Part shown: positions 8,087-16,644 of the stretch, in pieces | How the letters are laid out: the number at the start of each line of letters is the position of its first letter | Position numbering within the stretch: position 1 is the stretch's first letter | NCBI GenBank assembly: GCA_963667785.2 | Contig: CAXXMU010000012.1 | Coordinates: forward strand, 1-26,033 | Direction: 5' to 3' | DNA from: Alphaproteobacteria bacterium | GTDB lineage: Bacteria; Pseudomonadota; Alphaproteobacteria; UBA828 | Length of the DNA stretch: 26,033 nucleotides | Notes under the pieces: model-generated | The model's input: the letters and a program-made list of their open reading frames with translations, nothing else | Told to the model about the DNA's origin: nothing | The model's database searches: none | Program-made: the position numbers and the translations under genes

Positions 8087-9444
8087 CACACGGCCAGCAG
8101 GAGGAACTTGCGCTCCCAGGAGCTCACGACGCGCAGATAGGCGTCGTACTCGGCCCGCACGATCTCGCAGAAACCCTTCACGAAGAGATCGCCGAACATC
8201 GCCTGCGCCTCCTCCGAAGCCTCGAACTGCTCGAGCGCCGTCCTGAGGTCGAGCGGCAGGGTCTCGTAGGCGCCGGTCTCCTCGCCGTCTACCGGCGGCG
8301 CGGGCTCGACCGCCTGCGTCATGCCGAGATAGCCGGCGGCGAGCGTGGCCGCGATGGTGAGGTAGGGGTTCGTGTCGGAGCCCGGCAGGCGGTTCTCGAC
8401 CCGACGGTTAGCGGGCGGCGCGTCCGGCACGCGCAGCCCCGCGATGCGGTTGTCGTAGCCCCAGCCCACGTTGAACGGCTTGCTCGCTCCGAAGCGGAGC
8501 CGGCGGAACGAGTTGACGTTGGGCGCCATGAGCGGCGTGAAGGCCGGAAGGAAGCGCTGCAGCCCGCCGAGGTAGTGGCGGAAGGCGGGCGACTCCGCTC
8601 CGTCTTCGTCGGAGAAGAGCGGTCGGCGCGCCGCCCCCTCGTAGACCGACTGGTGCACGTGCATGGCGCTGCCGGGCTCGCTCTGCATGGGCTTCGCCAT
8701 GAAGGTGGCGTAGAAGCCGTGGCGCTGGGCGGTCTGGCGCACCGTGCGCTTGAAGACGAACACCTGATCCGCGAGCCGGAGCGCGTCGCCGTGGCGGAAG
8801 TTGATTTCCACCTGGCCTGCCCCGCTCTCGTGGTTGAGCGTGTCGATGTCGAGCGCCTGGGCCTCGCAGTAGTCGTAGAGGTCCTCGAAGAAGGGGTCGA
8901 ACTCGTTGACCGCGTCGATGCCGAACTCCTGGCGCCCGGCCTCGCGCCGGCCCGAGGCGCCGATGGGCGGCTTCAGCGGCTGGTCGGGGTCCGTGTTCTT
9001 CTCCACCAGGTAGAACTCGATCTCGGGCGCGATGACGGGGTGCCAGCCGCGCTCGGCGAACTTTTCGAGCAGGCTCGCGAGCACGCGACGGGAATAGAAC
9101 GGCGAGTGGCCGCCGCCCCGCAGCACGCAATCGGCGATCACCTGCGCGGTGGGCTCGTCGTACCAGGGCACGAGGGTAAGCGTCGCCGGGTCCGGCTCCA
9201 GCACGAAGTCGCCGTCGCTCACGTCGATGGAGGCGGCGCCGGGCGGCGGGAAGTCGCCTGTGAGCGTGTGGACGAGGACGTTCTTGGGCAGGCGGTGCTG
9301 GCCGCCGGCGAGCCCTTCGATGAACTTGTCGGTGGGCAGGATCTTGCCGCGCGGCACGCCAGCGAGGTCCGGCACGATGCACTCGACCTCGACGATGCCG
9401 CGTTCTCTGAGCCAGGCTTCGATCGCCCGGTGACCGTCATTCAT
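8086..9444 (-). CDS. Glutamine synthetase family protein, probable gamma-glutamyl-polyamine synthetase (PuuA/SpuB-like)
   Basis: PDLAGVPRGK, APEIEFYL, HESGAGQVEINF, TFMAKP, GSAMHVHQS, WGYDNR, RVENRLPGSD. Lies next to a puuB-like gene and pot genes. Confidence 0.88.
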   Translation of the reverse strand: MNDGHRAIEAWLRERGIVEVECIVPDLAGVPRGKILPTDKFIEGLAGGQHRLPKNVLVHTLTGDFPPPGAASIDVSDGDFVLEPDPATLTLVPWYDEPTAQVIADCVLRGGGHSPFYSRRVLASLLEKFAERGWHPVIAPEIEFYLVEKNTDPDQPLKPPIGASGRREAGRQEFGIDAVNEFDPFFEDLYDYCEAQALDIDTLNHESGAGQVEINFRHGDALRLADQVFVFKRTVRQTAQRHGFYATFMAKPMQSEPGSAMHVHQSVYEGAARRPLFSDEDGAESPAFRHYLGGLQRFLPAFTPLMAPNVNSFRRLRFGASKPFNVGWGYDNRIAGLRVPDAPPANRRVENRLPGSDTNPYLTIAATLAAGYLGMTQAVEPAPPVDGEETGAYETLPLDLRTALEQFEASEEAQAMFGDLFVKGFCEIVRAEYDAYLRVVSSWERKFLLLAV

Positions 9445-9487
9445 GTGCGCTCTCCGCGCCTCATATGGGTCACCGCGGCGGTAATTG

Positions 9488-11407
9488 CTAGCGCTCGCTG
9501 CGGTCGCCGAAGAGCATCGTGACGTTGATGCGCCGGTTCTCGTAGCCGGGGCGGAAGTCGAGATCGTCGGTGCGGTGGAAGAGGTCGGAATCGAAGATCA
9601 CGACGCGGTTCTGCCGGTAGGGGACCGTTACCGGCTCGTCACCGGCTTCCTCCAGGAACTCCGCCATGCGCGCGCTGTCGGCGTTGTAGGTGCGGAAGGC
9701 CCAGTCGGACGGCGCATGGGCCTTGTGGATCACGAGGCCGCCGGAGGTCGGATCGCGGTTCGCCTCGTCGGGCGTCACCCAGAAGTTCACGTTGACCGCG
9801 GCGAAGTCAGCATGGGTGGCGATCCCCTGCAGCCTGGAATCGTACTTGTAGGCCCAGAGCTGCTCCAGCCGGTGGCGGCCGAAAATGCCGGGGAGCCGCG
9901 CCCGCAGCTCGTCCGCGATCTGGAGTGCGAGGCCCGTGGCGAAGCCATCCACCAGGTAGGCGCCGAGGTAGCCGCGCTTCACCTGGTACCAGACCGTGGC
10001 GTCGAGGCAGAAGCGCCACAGCCGTTCCAGCGCGCTTTGAGTCAGAAAGTCATCGATGACCACCAGATTGGGCGCACTCTCGCGATAGGCGCTCTCGATG
10101 GCGGCGGCGGCGAGGCCGGGATTGACGGCGGCGCTGGCCTCGGCCGGGGCCTCGGGCAGGTGCAGCGGGCGGTTGTAGGCTGCGGCGATGCGCCGCCAGT
10201 CCGCGCCCTCCAGAGCGACCGGCGCCTCGGGCGGGGCGTCGGCGGGCAGGGCGGCGAGGATTTTCTCGTAAGCGTCGGCGAGCTTGCCGAATGAGGCATC
10301 GATGCGGCCATCGCGGCAAAGACGGCGGATCTGCTCCGCATCGTGCTGCAGCTTGAACGGCGCGACGGGGACCGCCGGCCGCTCCGCCTGCCGCTCGCTC
10401 AGCACGGCCGGTGCGAGCGGCGGGCCGTGGCGCTGCGCCGCCGCGCGGCCGAAGCAGGCCAGGGCTGCGGCGGCATCGCCGCGCGCCACGTGGACCATGC
10501 CGAGATTGGCGCGGTAGGTCGCGTTGTCCGGCCTCAGCTCCAGCGCGCGCTCCAGGCTCGCCACCGCCTCGTCCTCGCGGCCCAGGCGCTTCAGCGCGTT
10601 GCCGAGGTTGGCGTGCGCTGCGGCGTGTTCGGGGTCCCGGTCGAGCGCCTGGCGGTAGGCGGCCTCCGCCTCGTCGACGCGGTTGAGGTCCTGCAGCACG
10701 TTGCCGAGATTGGCATGAACCACCGCGTGCTCCGGGGCGAGCGCCACGGCGCGGCGCAGGCTGGTCTCGGCCTCGTCGAACGCGCCGGTCTCGCGGAGCG
10801 CGTTGCCGAGGTCGGAATGGGCGCCTGCGGCGCCATCGTCCGCCGCGACCGCCTGCCTGAACGCCGCCACCGCCTCCTCGGCCCTGCCCAGGTCCAGCAG
10901 CGCGCGGCCAAGCTCCAGGAGCGCGGGCCCGTGCTCGGGCTGGATCGCGAGCGCCTTGCGGAGCCAGTCGGTCGCCTCCTCCGCTCGCCCTGCGGCGCGG
11001 AGCGCATGACCGAGGTTGTAGCGGACGTTGGCGCTGTTCGAATCGAGCGCGGCGGCGCGGCGGTAGTGCGCGATGGCCTCGTCGTGGCGGCCGAGGCCCC
11101 TGAGCGCGCTGCCGAGGTCGCTGAGGAATCCCGCGTTGCGCGGCGCCTTGCGGACGGCCCTGGTCAGCAGCGGCAGCGCCCCCTCCAGGCGGCCCGTCTG
11201 TGCATGGAGCACGCCGAAGAGGTGCAGCGCATCGGCATGGCCGGGCCGCTGCTGCAGGACCCGTTCGTAGAGCGCTGCCGCCTCCGCCGCCCTGCCCGCG
11301 CGATGATGGCCGAGGGCGACCTGCAGCATGCCGTCGACGGGATCGACGCCGGGCGGCGCGGAGCCGGGCCCCTGCCTCTTCGCCCGCCGCCGTTCGCGCC
11401 GCGTCAT
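9488..11407 (-). CDS. Tetratricopeptide repeat protein with a C-terminal 2OG-Fe(II) oxygenase-like domain
   Basis: About 8-9 TPR units (e.g. AHSDLGNALRETGAFDEAETSLRRAVALAP, AHANLGNALKRLGREDEAVASLERALELRP). The C-terminus has H-x-D (THAD), a distal H (LFHRT) and R (RRIN). Confidence 0.85.
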   Translation of the reverse strand: MTRRERRRAKRQGPGSAPPGVDPVDGMLQVALGHHRAGRAAEAAALYERVLQQRPGHADALHLFGVLHAQTGRLEGALPLLTRAVRKAPRNAGFLSDLGSALRGLGRHDEAIAHYRRAAALDSNSANVRYNLGHALRAAGRAEEATDWLRKALAIQPEHGPALLELGRALLDLGRAEEAVAAFRQAVAADDGAAGAHSDLGNALRETGAFDEAETSLRRAVALAPEHAVVHANLGNVLQDLNRVDEAEAAYRQALDRDPEHAAAHANLGNALKRLGREDEAVASLERALELRPDNATYRANLGMVHVARGDAAAALACFGRAAAQRHGPPLAPAVLSERQAERPAVPVAPFKLQHDAEQIRRLCRDGRIDASFGKLADAYEKILAALPADAPPEAPVALEGADWRRIAAAYNRPLHLPEAPAEASAAVNPGLAAAAIESAYRESAPNLVVIDDFLTQSALERLWRFCLDATVWYQVKRGYLGAYLVDGFATGLALQIADELRARLPGIFGRHRLEQLWAYKYDSRLQGIATHADFAAVNVNFWVTPDEANRDPTSGGLVIHKAHAPSDWAFRTYNADSARMAEFLEEAGDEPVTVPYRQNRVVIFDSDLFHRTDDLDFRPGYENRRINVTMLFGDRSER

Positions 11408-11452
11408 TGCGCCCTCATAGGGGGCCGGGCGTGCGTGCCGCCGGGCGGCCGC

Positions 11453-12538
11453 TCACCCGGCCTGCGCGAGCGAGAGGCCGGACTCTGCGTCGAAGAGGGT
11501 GATGCGGCTCGCGCGGAAGGCGAGACCGACCCTGGCGCCCACGGTGACCGGCTCGTGCACGTCGATGCTCGCTGCCACGTATTCGCGGTCGACCAGCAGG
11601 CCGTCGCCGCCGTCCGGCGCGACAAAGGCGATGATGACGCCGCCGTAGGACTCGGTGAACTCGATGGTGCCGTCGACGATGCCCTCGCCGGGCGCCTGCA
11701 GCTGCACATCCTCGGGCCGGATGCCGAGCACGACGGACGCCGAGCCCTCGGCGTCGATGCCGTCCAGCGCGCGGCCGGCGACGGTGATCGCGCCGTCGTC
11801 GAGAGAGCCACCCAGGAAGTTGATGCCGGGGCTGCCGATGAAATCGGCGACGAACATGTTGACCGGGCGCTCGTAGATCGTGACCGGATCGGCGACCTGC
11901 TGAAGCTCGCCCTTGTTGAGCACGGCCACGCGGTCGGAGAGGATCAGCGCCTCCGCCTGGTCGTGGGTGACGTAGATCGTCGTGACCTTGTAGGCCTGAT
12001 GGAGGCGCTTCAGCTCCGTCCGCATGTGCTCGCGCAGCTTGAGGTCGAGGTTCGACAGGGGCTCGTCCATCAGGTAGCAGGCGGGGCTGCGGACCATGGC
12101 GCGCCCGAGGGCCACGCGCTGGCGCTCGCCGCCTGAGAGCTTCGCCGGCTTGCGCTCGAGCAGCGGCTCGATGTTGAGCAGCTTCGCCGTCTCCCGCGCC
12201 TTCTCGTTGGCCTCGGCCTTGGACATGCCGGCGACCGTGAGGCCCAAGGTCATGTTCTGCAGCGCGGTCATGTGCGGATAGAGCGCGTAGGTCTGGAACA
12301 CCATCGCCACGTCGCGATCGCCGGGGTTGACGTGGGTGACGTCGCGCTCGCCGATGGCGATGGTGCCTTCGGTCGGCTCCTCCAGCCCTGCGATCAGGCG
12401 GAGCGTCGTGGTCTTGCCGCAGCCCGACGGCCCGAGCAGGGTCAGGAACTCGCCCTTGGCGATGTCGAGGTCGATGCCCTTGACGGCCTCGGTGCCGTCG
12501 CGAAAGCGCTTGACCAGTCCGCGGAGCGTGACGTTCAT
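11453..12538 (-). CDS. Carbohydrate ABC transporter ATP-binding protein (MalK/UgpC family)
   Basis: GPSGCGKT, VFQTYALYPHM, LSGGERQRVALGRA, MDEPLSNLD, YVTHDQ, FVADFIGSP, GIRPED. Confidence 0.93.
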   Translation of the reverse strand: MNVTLRGLVKRFRDGTEAVKGIDLDIAKGEFLTLLGPSGCGKTTTLRLIAGLEEPTEGTIAIGERDVTHVNPGDRDVAMVFQTYALYPHMTALQNMTLGLTVAGMSKAEANEKARETAKLLNIEPLLERKPAKLSGGERQRVALGRAMVRSPACYLMDEPLSNLDLKLREHMRTELKRLHQAYKVTTIYVTHDQAEALILSDRVAVLNKGELQQVADPVTIYERPVNMFVADFIGSPGINFLGGSLDDGAITVAGRALDGIDAEGSASVVLGIRPEDVQLQAPGEGIVDGTIEFTESYGGVIIAFVAPDGGDGLLVDREYVAASIDVHEPVTVGARVGLAFRASRITLFDAESGLSLAQAG

Positions 12539-12545
12539 GGCGGCC

Positions 12546-13367
12546 CTATTTCACCGCGCCGAGCGCGAGACCGCGCGCGATGTGTCGCTGGAGGAGGAAC
12601 ACGACGGCGATCATCGGCAATAGCTGTATCACCGCGCCGGCGCTGAGCGAACCCCACAGCACGTTGTAGAGGTCGATGGTCTTCTGCAGCGCGACCGGCA
12701 TGGTCGTCGCGCTGTCGTAGGTGAGGAACAGCGCATAGAGATACTCGTTCCAGCTGAAGACGAAGGTGAAGATGGCCGTCACCGCGATGCCGGGCGCCGC
12801 CATGGGCAGAATCAGGCGGAAGATGATCTGCAGCCAGCTCAGCCCGTCGAGTCTGGCCGCTTCTTCCACCTCCTTCGGCAAATCCAGCAGGAATCCGCGC
12901 AGAATCCAGACCGCGAACGGCAGACCGAAGGCGACGTAGACCACGATCAGCACGATCTGCGTGTCGATCAGGCTGAACCAGGTGGCCATCTTGAAGTAGG
13001 GCAGCACGACGACCACGCCCGGCAAGAACCGCAATGACAATATGACAAGGGCCCAGGTATCGCCCCCCATGAGCCCCATGCGCGACACCGCGTAGGCCGC
13101 CGGCAGCGCCAGTATCATCACGATCAGCGTGGACACGCCGACCGTGATCAGGCTGTTCAGGATGGCGCGGTCCATGCGGAAGCGGTCGAAGATCTCGACG
13201 TAGTGCTCCCCGGTGGGCTCGAACGAGTAGAAGGTCGGCACCTCGGCATTGATGACGTTGGTGGGCTTGATCGAGGTGATCGCCACCCACAACACCGGGA
13301 TCAGCCAGATGACGACGACCAGCACCGCGAGCACGTTGATCGCGCGCATGTAGATCGACGACATCAT
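12546..13367 (-). CDS. Carbohydrate ABC transporter permease (MalG type)
   Basis: Six hydrophobic segments, EAA loop LPKEVEEAARLDG, FVFSWNEYLYA. Overlaps the upstream permease stop. Confidence 0.92.
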   Translation of the reverse strand: MMSSIYMRAINVLAVLVVVIWLIPVLWVAITSIKPTNVINAEVPTFYSFEPTGEHYVEIFDRFRMDRAILNSLITVGVSTLIVMILALPAAYAVSRMGLMGGDTWALVILSLRFLPGVVVVLPYFKMATWFSLIDTQIVLIVVYVAFGLPFAVWILRGFLLDLPKEVEEAARLDGLSWLQIIFRLILPMAAPGIAVTAIFTFVFSWNEYLYALFLTYDSATTMPVALQKTIDLYNVLWGSLSAGAVIQLLPMIAVVFLLQRHIARGLALGAVK

Positions 13368-14330
13368 GGCGCATCGGCGGCGCGCGCCGCCTTCTCCGTT
13401 CGGTAGAGCGTGTTGAGGAAGGCGAGCACGACGATGTTGATCAGGATCAGGATCAGGAAGCCGTAGGCCGCCATCAGGCCGAGATGGCCCTGCTCGAAGA
13501 TGGTGTAGTCATAGACGCTGGCGAGCAGCGTCGACGATCCCGGCCCGCCCTTGGTCATGATGAAGTTGAGATCGAAGATGCGGATCGAATCCACCAGCCG
13601 GATCAGGATCACCACCATGATGACCGGGCGGATCAGCGGAATGACGATGCGCCAGTAGTAGGTGACGCCGCGCACCCGGTCGAGGCGGGCGGCCTCGGTT
13701 ATCTCGGGCGAGATGCTCTGCATGCCGGCGAGCAGGATCAGCGCGATGAAGGGCGTCCACTGCCAGCAGTCGACGAACATCAGCGTCATGAGCGCCGTGT
13801 CCTTGTGCGAGAGCCAGGTCCACTTCTCCAGCCCGAAGCCGGTGTTCAGGATCCAGTTGGCGAGGCCGGAGACCGGCTCGAAGATGAAGCGCCAGGTGAG
13901 CCCCATGGCGATGGGCGAGATGAAGACGGGGATGATGATGAGGGTGCGCAGCAGGCCCGCACCCTTCATCTTGCGGTCGAGCAGCACGGCGAGGAAGAAG
14001 CCGAGCACCATCTGGATCGAGACGACGACGACGGACCAAATGACGGTGAGTCGGATGCTGTTCCAGAAGCGGCGGTCGTCGAACAGGTCCTCGTAATTGC
14101 GCCAGCCGACGAAGCGGGCGATGTCGGGGTTGTAAAGCGAATCGACCTTGAAGGAGAGCGTGCCCGCGAAGATGAGCGGAAAGATTGCGAGCGCCAGCAG
14201 GACGAGCGACGCAGGGCGCGAGCAGCAAGTACGCCGTGCGCCGCTGCTGACGCGCCACGGCCCCGGGGCGCAGCGGGGCGGACGGCCCGGCCGCACGGGG
14301 CGACCGGGCCTCAACGGTAACTGCGGTCAC
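13364..14330 (-). CDS. Carbohydrate ABC transporter permease (MalF type), frameshifted near 14214-14216
   Basis: The body (FVGWRNY, WQWTPF, EAARLD, TKGGPG) is in ORF 13364-14314. The natural N-terminus MTAVTVEAR…RRTAYLLLAP is in another frame from GTG at 14330 with a GGAG RBS. Removing one C from CCC joins them as YLLLAPASLVLLALAIFP. Confidence 0.87.
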
Positions 14331-14356
14331 GGCAGAGGCTCCGGGGAGCCCCTGTC
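14331..14356 (-). other. Intercistronic stem-loop between the binding-protein gene and the first permease gene
   Basis: mRNA reads GACAGGGGCUC-CCCG-GAGCCUCUGCC. The 3' side includes the GGAG Shine-Dalgarno of the permease. Confidence 0.55.
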
Positions 14357-14375
14357 CTCACGCAACCCGGCTAAC

Positions 14376-15800
14376 TTAACCGTAGCCGGCGTCCTCCATG
14401 ATGCGCTTGACCCGCTTGTCCATGGCGGCGAGCGCATCCTCGATGCTCTGCTCCTCGTTGACCGCGTCGGCGACCTCCTCGCCCATGGCGCCCATGATGG
14501 AGTACGCCTCCGGGATCACCGGCGCGTTCACGACGCAGACCGGATAGGCCTTCATCAGGCCGACGAAGAAGGGCTTGCGGTCGGACCAGCGGCTGAGCGT
14601 GGACCGCCGCGAAAGCTGGCCGCCGGCACCCACGATCGCATCCGCGATCGCCGGGCTGCCGCCGAGATCCTCGCGGTCGCCCGAGTTGAGGAACTTGATC
14701 CAGGCGAACGCGGTCTCCCGGTTGCCGCCCCAGGTCGGCATGAACTGGCCGAAGCCGCCGGTAAGCGCCCGGTGCCCGCCCTTGGGCCCGGTGCCTCGCG
14801 GCGAGAGCTCCATGTGCCAGTGCTCGTGCAGGTCGGTGTAGGTCGGATCGTTGAGCACCGCCGTGCCCCAGGTGAGCGGGCTGTAGAGCGCCGTGCCCTG
14901 GGCGAACACCAGGTTGACCTCGTCCTCGCCTGCGTTGGCGGAGACCGGGTGGGCGTACTTCTGGAGTTCGACCAGCACCTTGAGCGCCTGGTAGCCCTCC
15001 TCGGTGTTGATCGCCACCGTCCAGTCCTCGTTGACCTCGTCCACGAAGACGTCGCCGCCCATGCTGCGGAGCGAGCCGTAGTACTGGTAGCCGGCCCAGA
15101 AGTTGCGCGCCATCGCCGCGCAATAGGCGTAGCGCTCGTTGTCCGGGTCGTGGATCTCCTTGCAGGCTTCGATCACGTCGTCCCACGTCTCCGGGACCGG
15201 AATGCCCGCGCCTTCGAAGACGTCCTTGCGATAGAACGTCATCATCGCGTTGCCGTCGGGCGCGAGCGCTGCGATGTAGCCTGGCGGTGCCGGCCCCTTG
15301 GGCAGGTTCCACATGTGCCGGTACGCCTCGGGCACATCCTCCCTGTAGTCCGCGAGCCAATCCGGGAACGGCTCCAGATAGGGGCCGAGGTCGGTCAGCG
15401 CGCCCATGGCGTCGAGCGATGCGAACTGGGCGTGGTCCTGGGTGACGACGTCGAAGGAGTCGCTCTTGGACCGCATGTAGGTGTTGATCTGGGTCAACGC
15501 CTCGCTCATGGGCTTGGAGACGACCTCGAGCGTCACGTTGGGATACACCTTGTCGAAGAGCGGCTTGACCGCCCGCAAGGAGTTGGCGAGCCGCTTGCCG
15601 GACGAGGCGAAGTGAACGATGGTCCCGCCCACGTCGGCGTGAACCTCCTTTGGCACGAACTGCGACGCGAGCGTCGCACCCAGCGCCGTCGCGGCGGACG
15701 CCTGCAGCACCTGGCGACGGGTGAGCTCCCGTTCGCGGAAGTGCTTGATGCGCTTCACCGCATTGTCGAAGGCTCTCACGTCATTGTCTGATTTCCGCAT
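14376..15800 (-). CDS. Carbohydrate-type ABC transporter substrate-binding protein with a Tat signal
   Basis: ATG at 15800 preceded by GGGAGG. Twin-arginine LTRRQVLQ…EVHA signal. Family-1 SBP motifs FYRKDVFEGAGIPVPETWDD, AFAWIKFL, SIEDALAA. The ORF-track extension to 16250 overlaps the cyclophilin gene and is spurious. Confidence 0.9.
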   Translation of the reverse strand: MRKSDNDVRAFDNAVKRIKHFRERELTRRQVLQASAATALGATLASQFVPKEVHADVGGTIVHFASSGKRLANSLRAVKPLFDKVYPNVTLEVVSKPMSEALTQINTYMRSKSDSFDVVTQDHAQFASLDAMGALTDLGPYLEPFPDWLADYREDVPEAYRHMWNLPKGPAPPGYIAALAPDGNAMMTFYRKDVFEGAGIPVPETWDDVIEACKEIHDPDNERYAYCAAMARNFWAGYQYYGSLRSMGGDVFVDEVNEDWTVAINTEEGYQALKVLVELQKYAHPVSANAGEDEVNLVFAQGTALYSPLTWGTAVLNDPTYTDLHEHWHMELSPRGTGPKGGHRALTGGFGQFMPTWGGNRETAFAWIKFLNSGDREDLGGSPAIADAIVGAGGQLSRRSTLSRWSDRKPFFVGLMKAYPVCVVNAPVIPEAYSIMGAMGEEVADAVNEEQSIEDALAAMDKRVKRIMEDAGYG

Positions 15801-15858
15801 ATGCGCCTCCCTTAGCGTTTCTGCGTTGTAACGATCGGAACCGAGCTTGTTGGCGAAA

Positions 15859-15887
15859 ACGCTACGGTTGACGCCGGGGCGTGTCAA
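15859..15887 (-). promoter_or_regulatory. Sigma70-type promoter for the carbohydrate ABC operon
   Basis: Minus strand TTGACA (15887-15882), 17 bp spacer, TAGCGT (15864-15859), about 60 bp upstream of the SBP start. Confidence 0.65.
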
Positions 15888-15993
15888 GAATGCGCCGGGC
15901 GGCGACGGGGCAGGGGCGCCCATACCTAGGCTTTCGACGCGCGGTGTGTAGACTGCGCCGCAGCACGCGCCACACCGATTCGGGAGCGGAGCC

Positions 15994-16608
15994 TTGTTCA
16001 AACTCAAATTGCGACGGCCGACCGTCTTGCTCGCGCTTGTCGCCGCGGCGGGGATCATGATGAGTGACCAGACCGAGACACGAGCCGACGAGGGCGCAAG
16101 CCCTGTCGTTACGTTCGAGACCACGCACGGCTCGTTCGCCGTCGCGCTGGAGCCGGAGGCCGCGCCCGAGACCGTGGCGAACTTCGTCCAGTACGTCCGC
16201 GACGGCCATTTCGACGGGACCATCTTCCACCGCGTGATCGCGGGCTTCATGATCCAGGGCGGCGGCTACACCGAGAACTACCAGCAACTGAAGACGCGCG
16301 CGCCGATCGAGAACGAGGCGCCGAACGCGCCGGGCAACGACCGGGGCACGATCGCCATGGCGCGCACCGCGGATCCCCACTCCGCCACCGCGCAGTTCTT
16401 CATCAACGTGGTCGACAACGACTTCCTCAACCACCGCGGCAAGAACCCGCAAGGCTGGGGCTACGCCGCGTTCGGCCGGGTGGTAGACGGCATGGAGACG
16501 GTGGACCGCATCGCCGCGCTCAAGACCGGCCCGGGCGGCCCCTTCCCGAGCGACGTGCCGCAGGAAGCCGTGGTCATCAGCAAGGCGAGCGTCAGCGGCG
16601 GCTCCTGA
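15994..16608 (+). CDS. Cyclophilin-type peptidyl-prolyl cis-trans isomerase, probably periplasmic (PpiA-like)
   Basis: APETVANFVQY, GTIFHRVIAGFMIQGGG, RGTIAMART, HSATAQFFIN, GYAAFGRVVDGM. Signal-like N-terminus; exact start uncertain. Confidence 0.93.
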   Translation: MFKLKLRRPTVLLALVAAAGIMMSDQTETRADEGASPVVTFETTHGSFAVALEPEAAPETVANFVQYVRDGHFDGTIFHRVIAGFMIQGGGYTENYQQLKTRAPIENEAPNAPGNDRGTIAMARTADPHSATAQFFINVVDNDFLNHRGKNPQGWGYAAFGRVVDGMETVDRIAALKTGPGGPFPSDVPQEAVVISKASVSGGS

Positions 16609-16644
16609 TCGGCACGCGCTGAACGCTCATTAGCGGTCCGGGCG

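Noticed and set aside
8086-9444. Calling this gene glnA (ammonia-assimilating glutamine synthetase)
   Set aside because: Sequence style and context (puuB-like gene, pot operon) fit the gamma-glutamyl-amine ligase subfamily.
10480-11330. Repeated ~102-bp units (e.g. GTTGCCGAG recurrences) resembling an array
   Set aside because: These are TPR-coding repeats, degenerate at the DNA level; not a CRISPR repeat-spacer structure.
10343-12136. 597-aa plus-strand ORF, and similar long antisense ORFs (2582-4132, 8011-9522, 14148-15791, 19051-20388, 23375-24550)
   Set aside because: Each lies opposite a gene with clear family motifs and has no motifs of its own.
15801-16250. 150-aa N-terminal extension of the SBP ORF
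   Set aside because: It overlaps the promoter and the cyclophilin gene; the RBS and Tat signal support the ATG at 15800.
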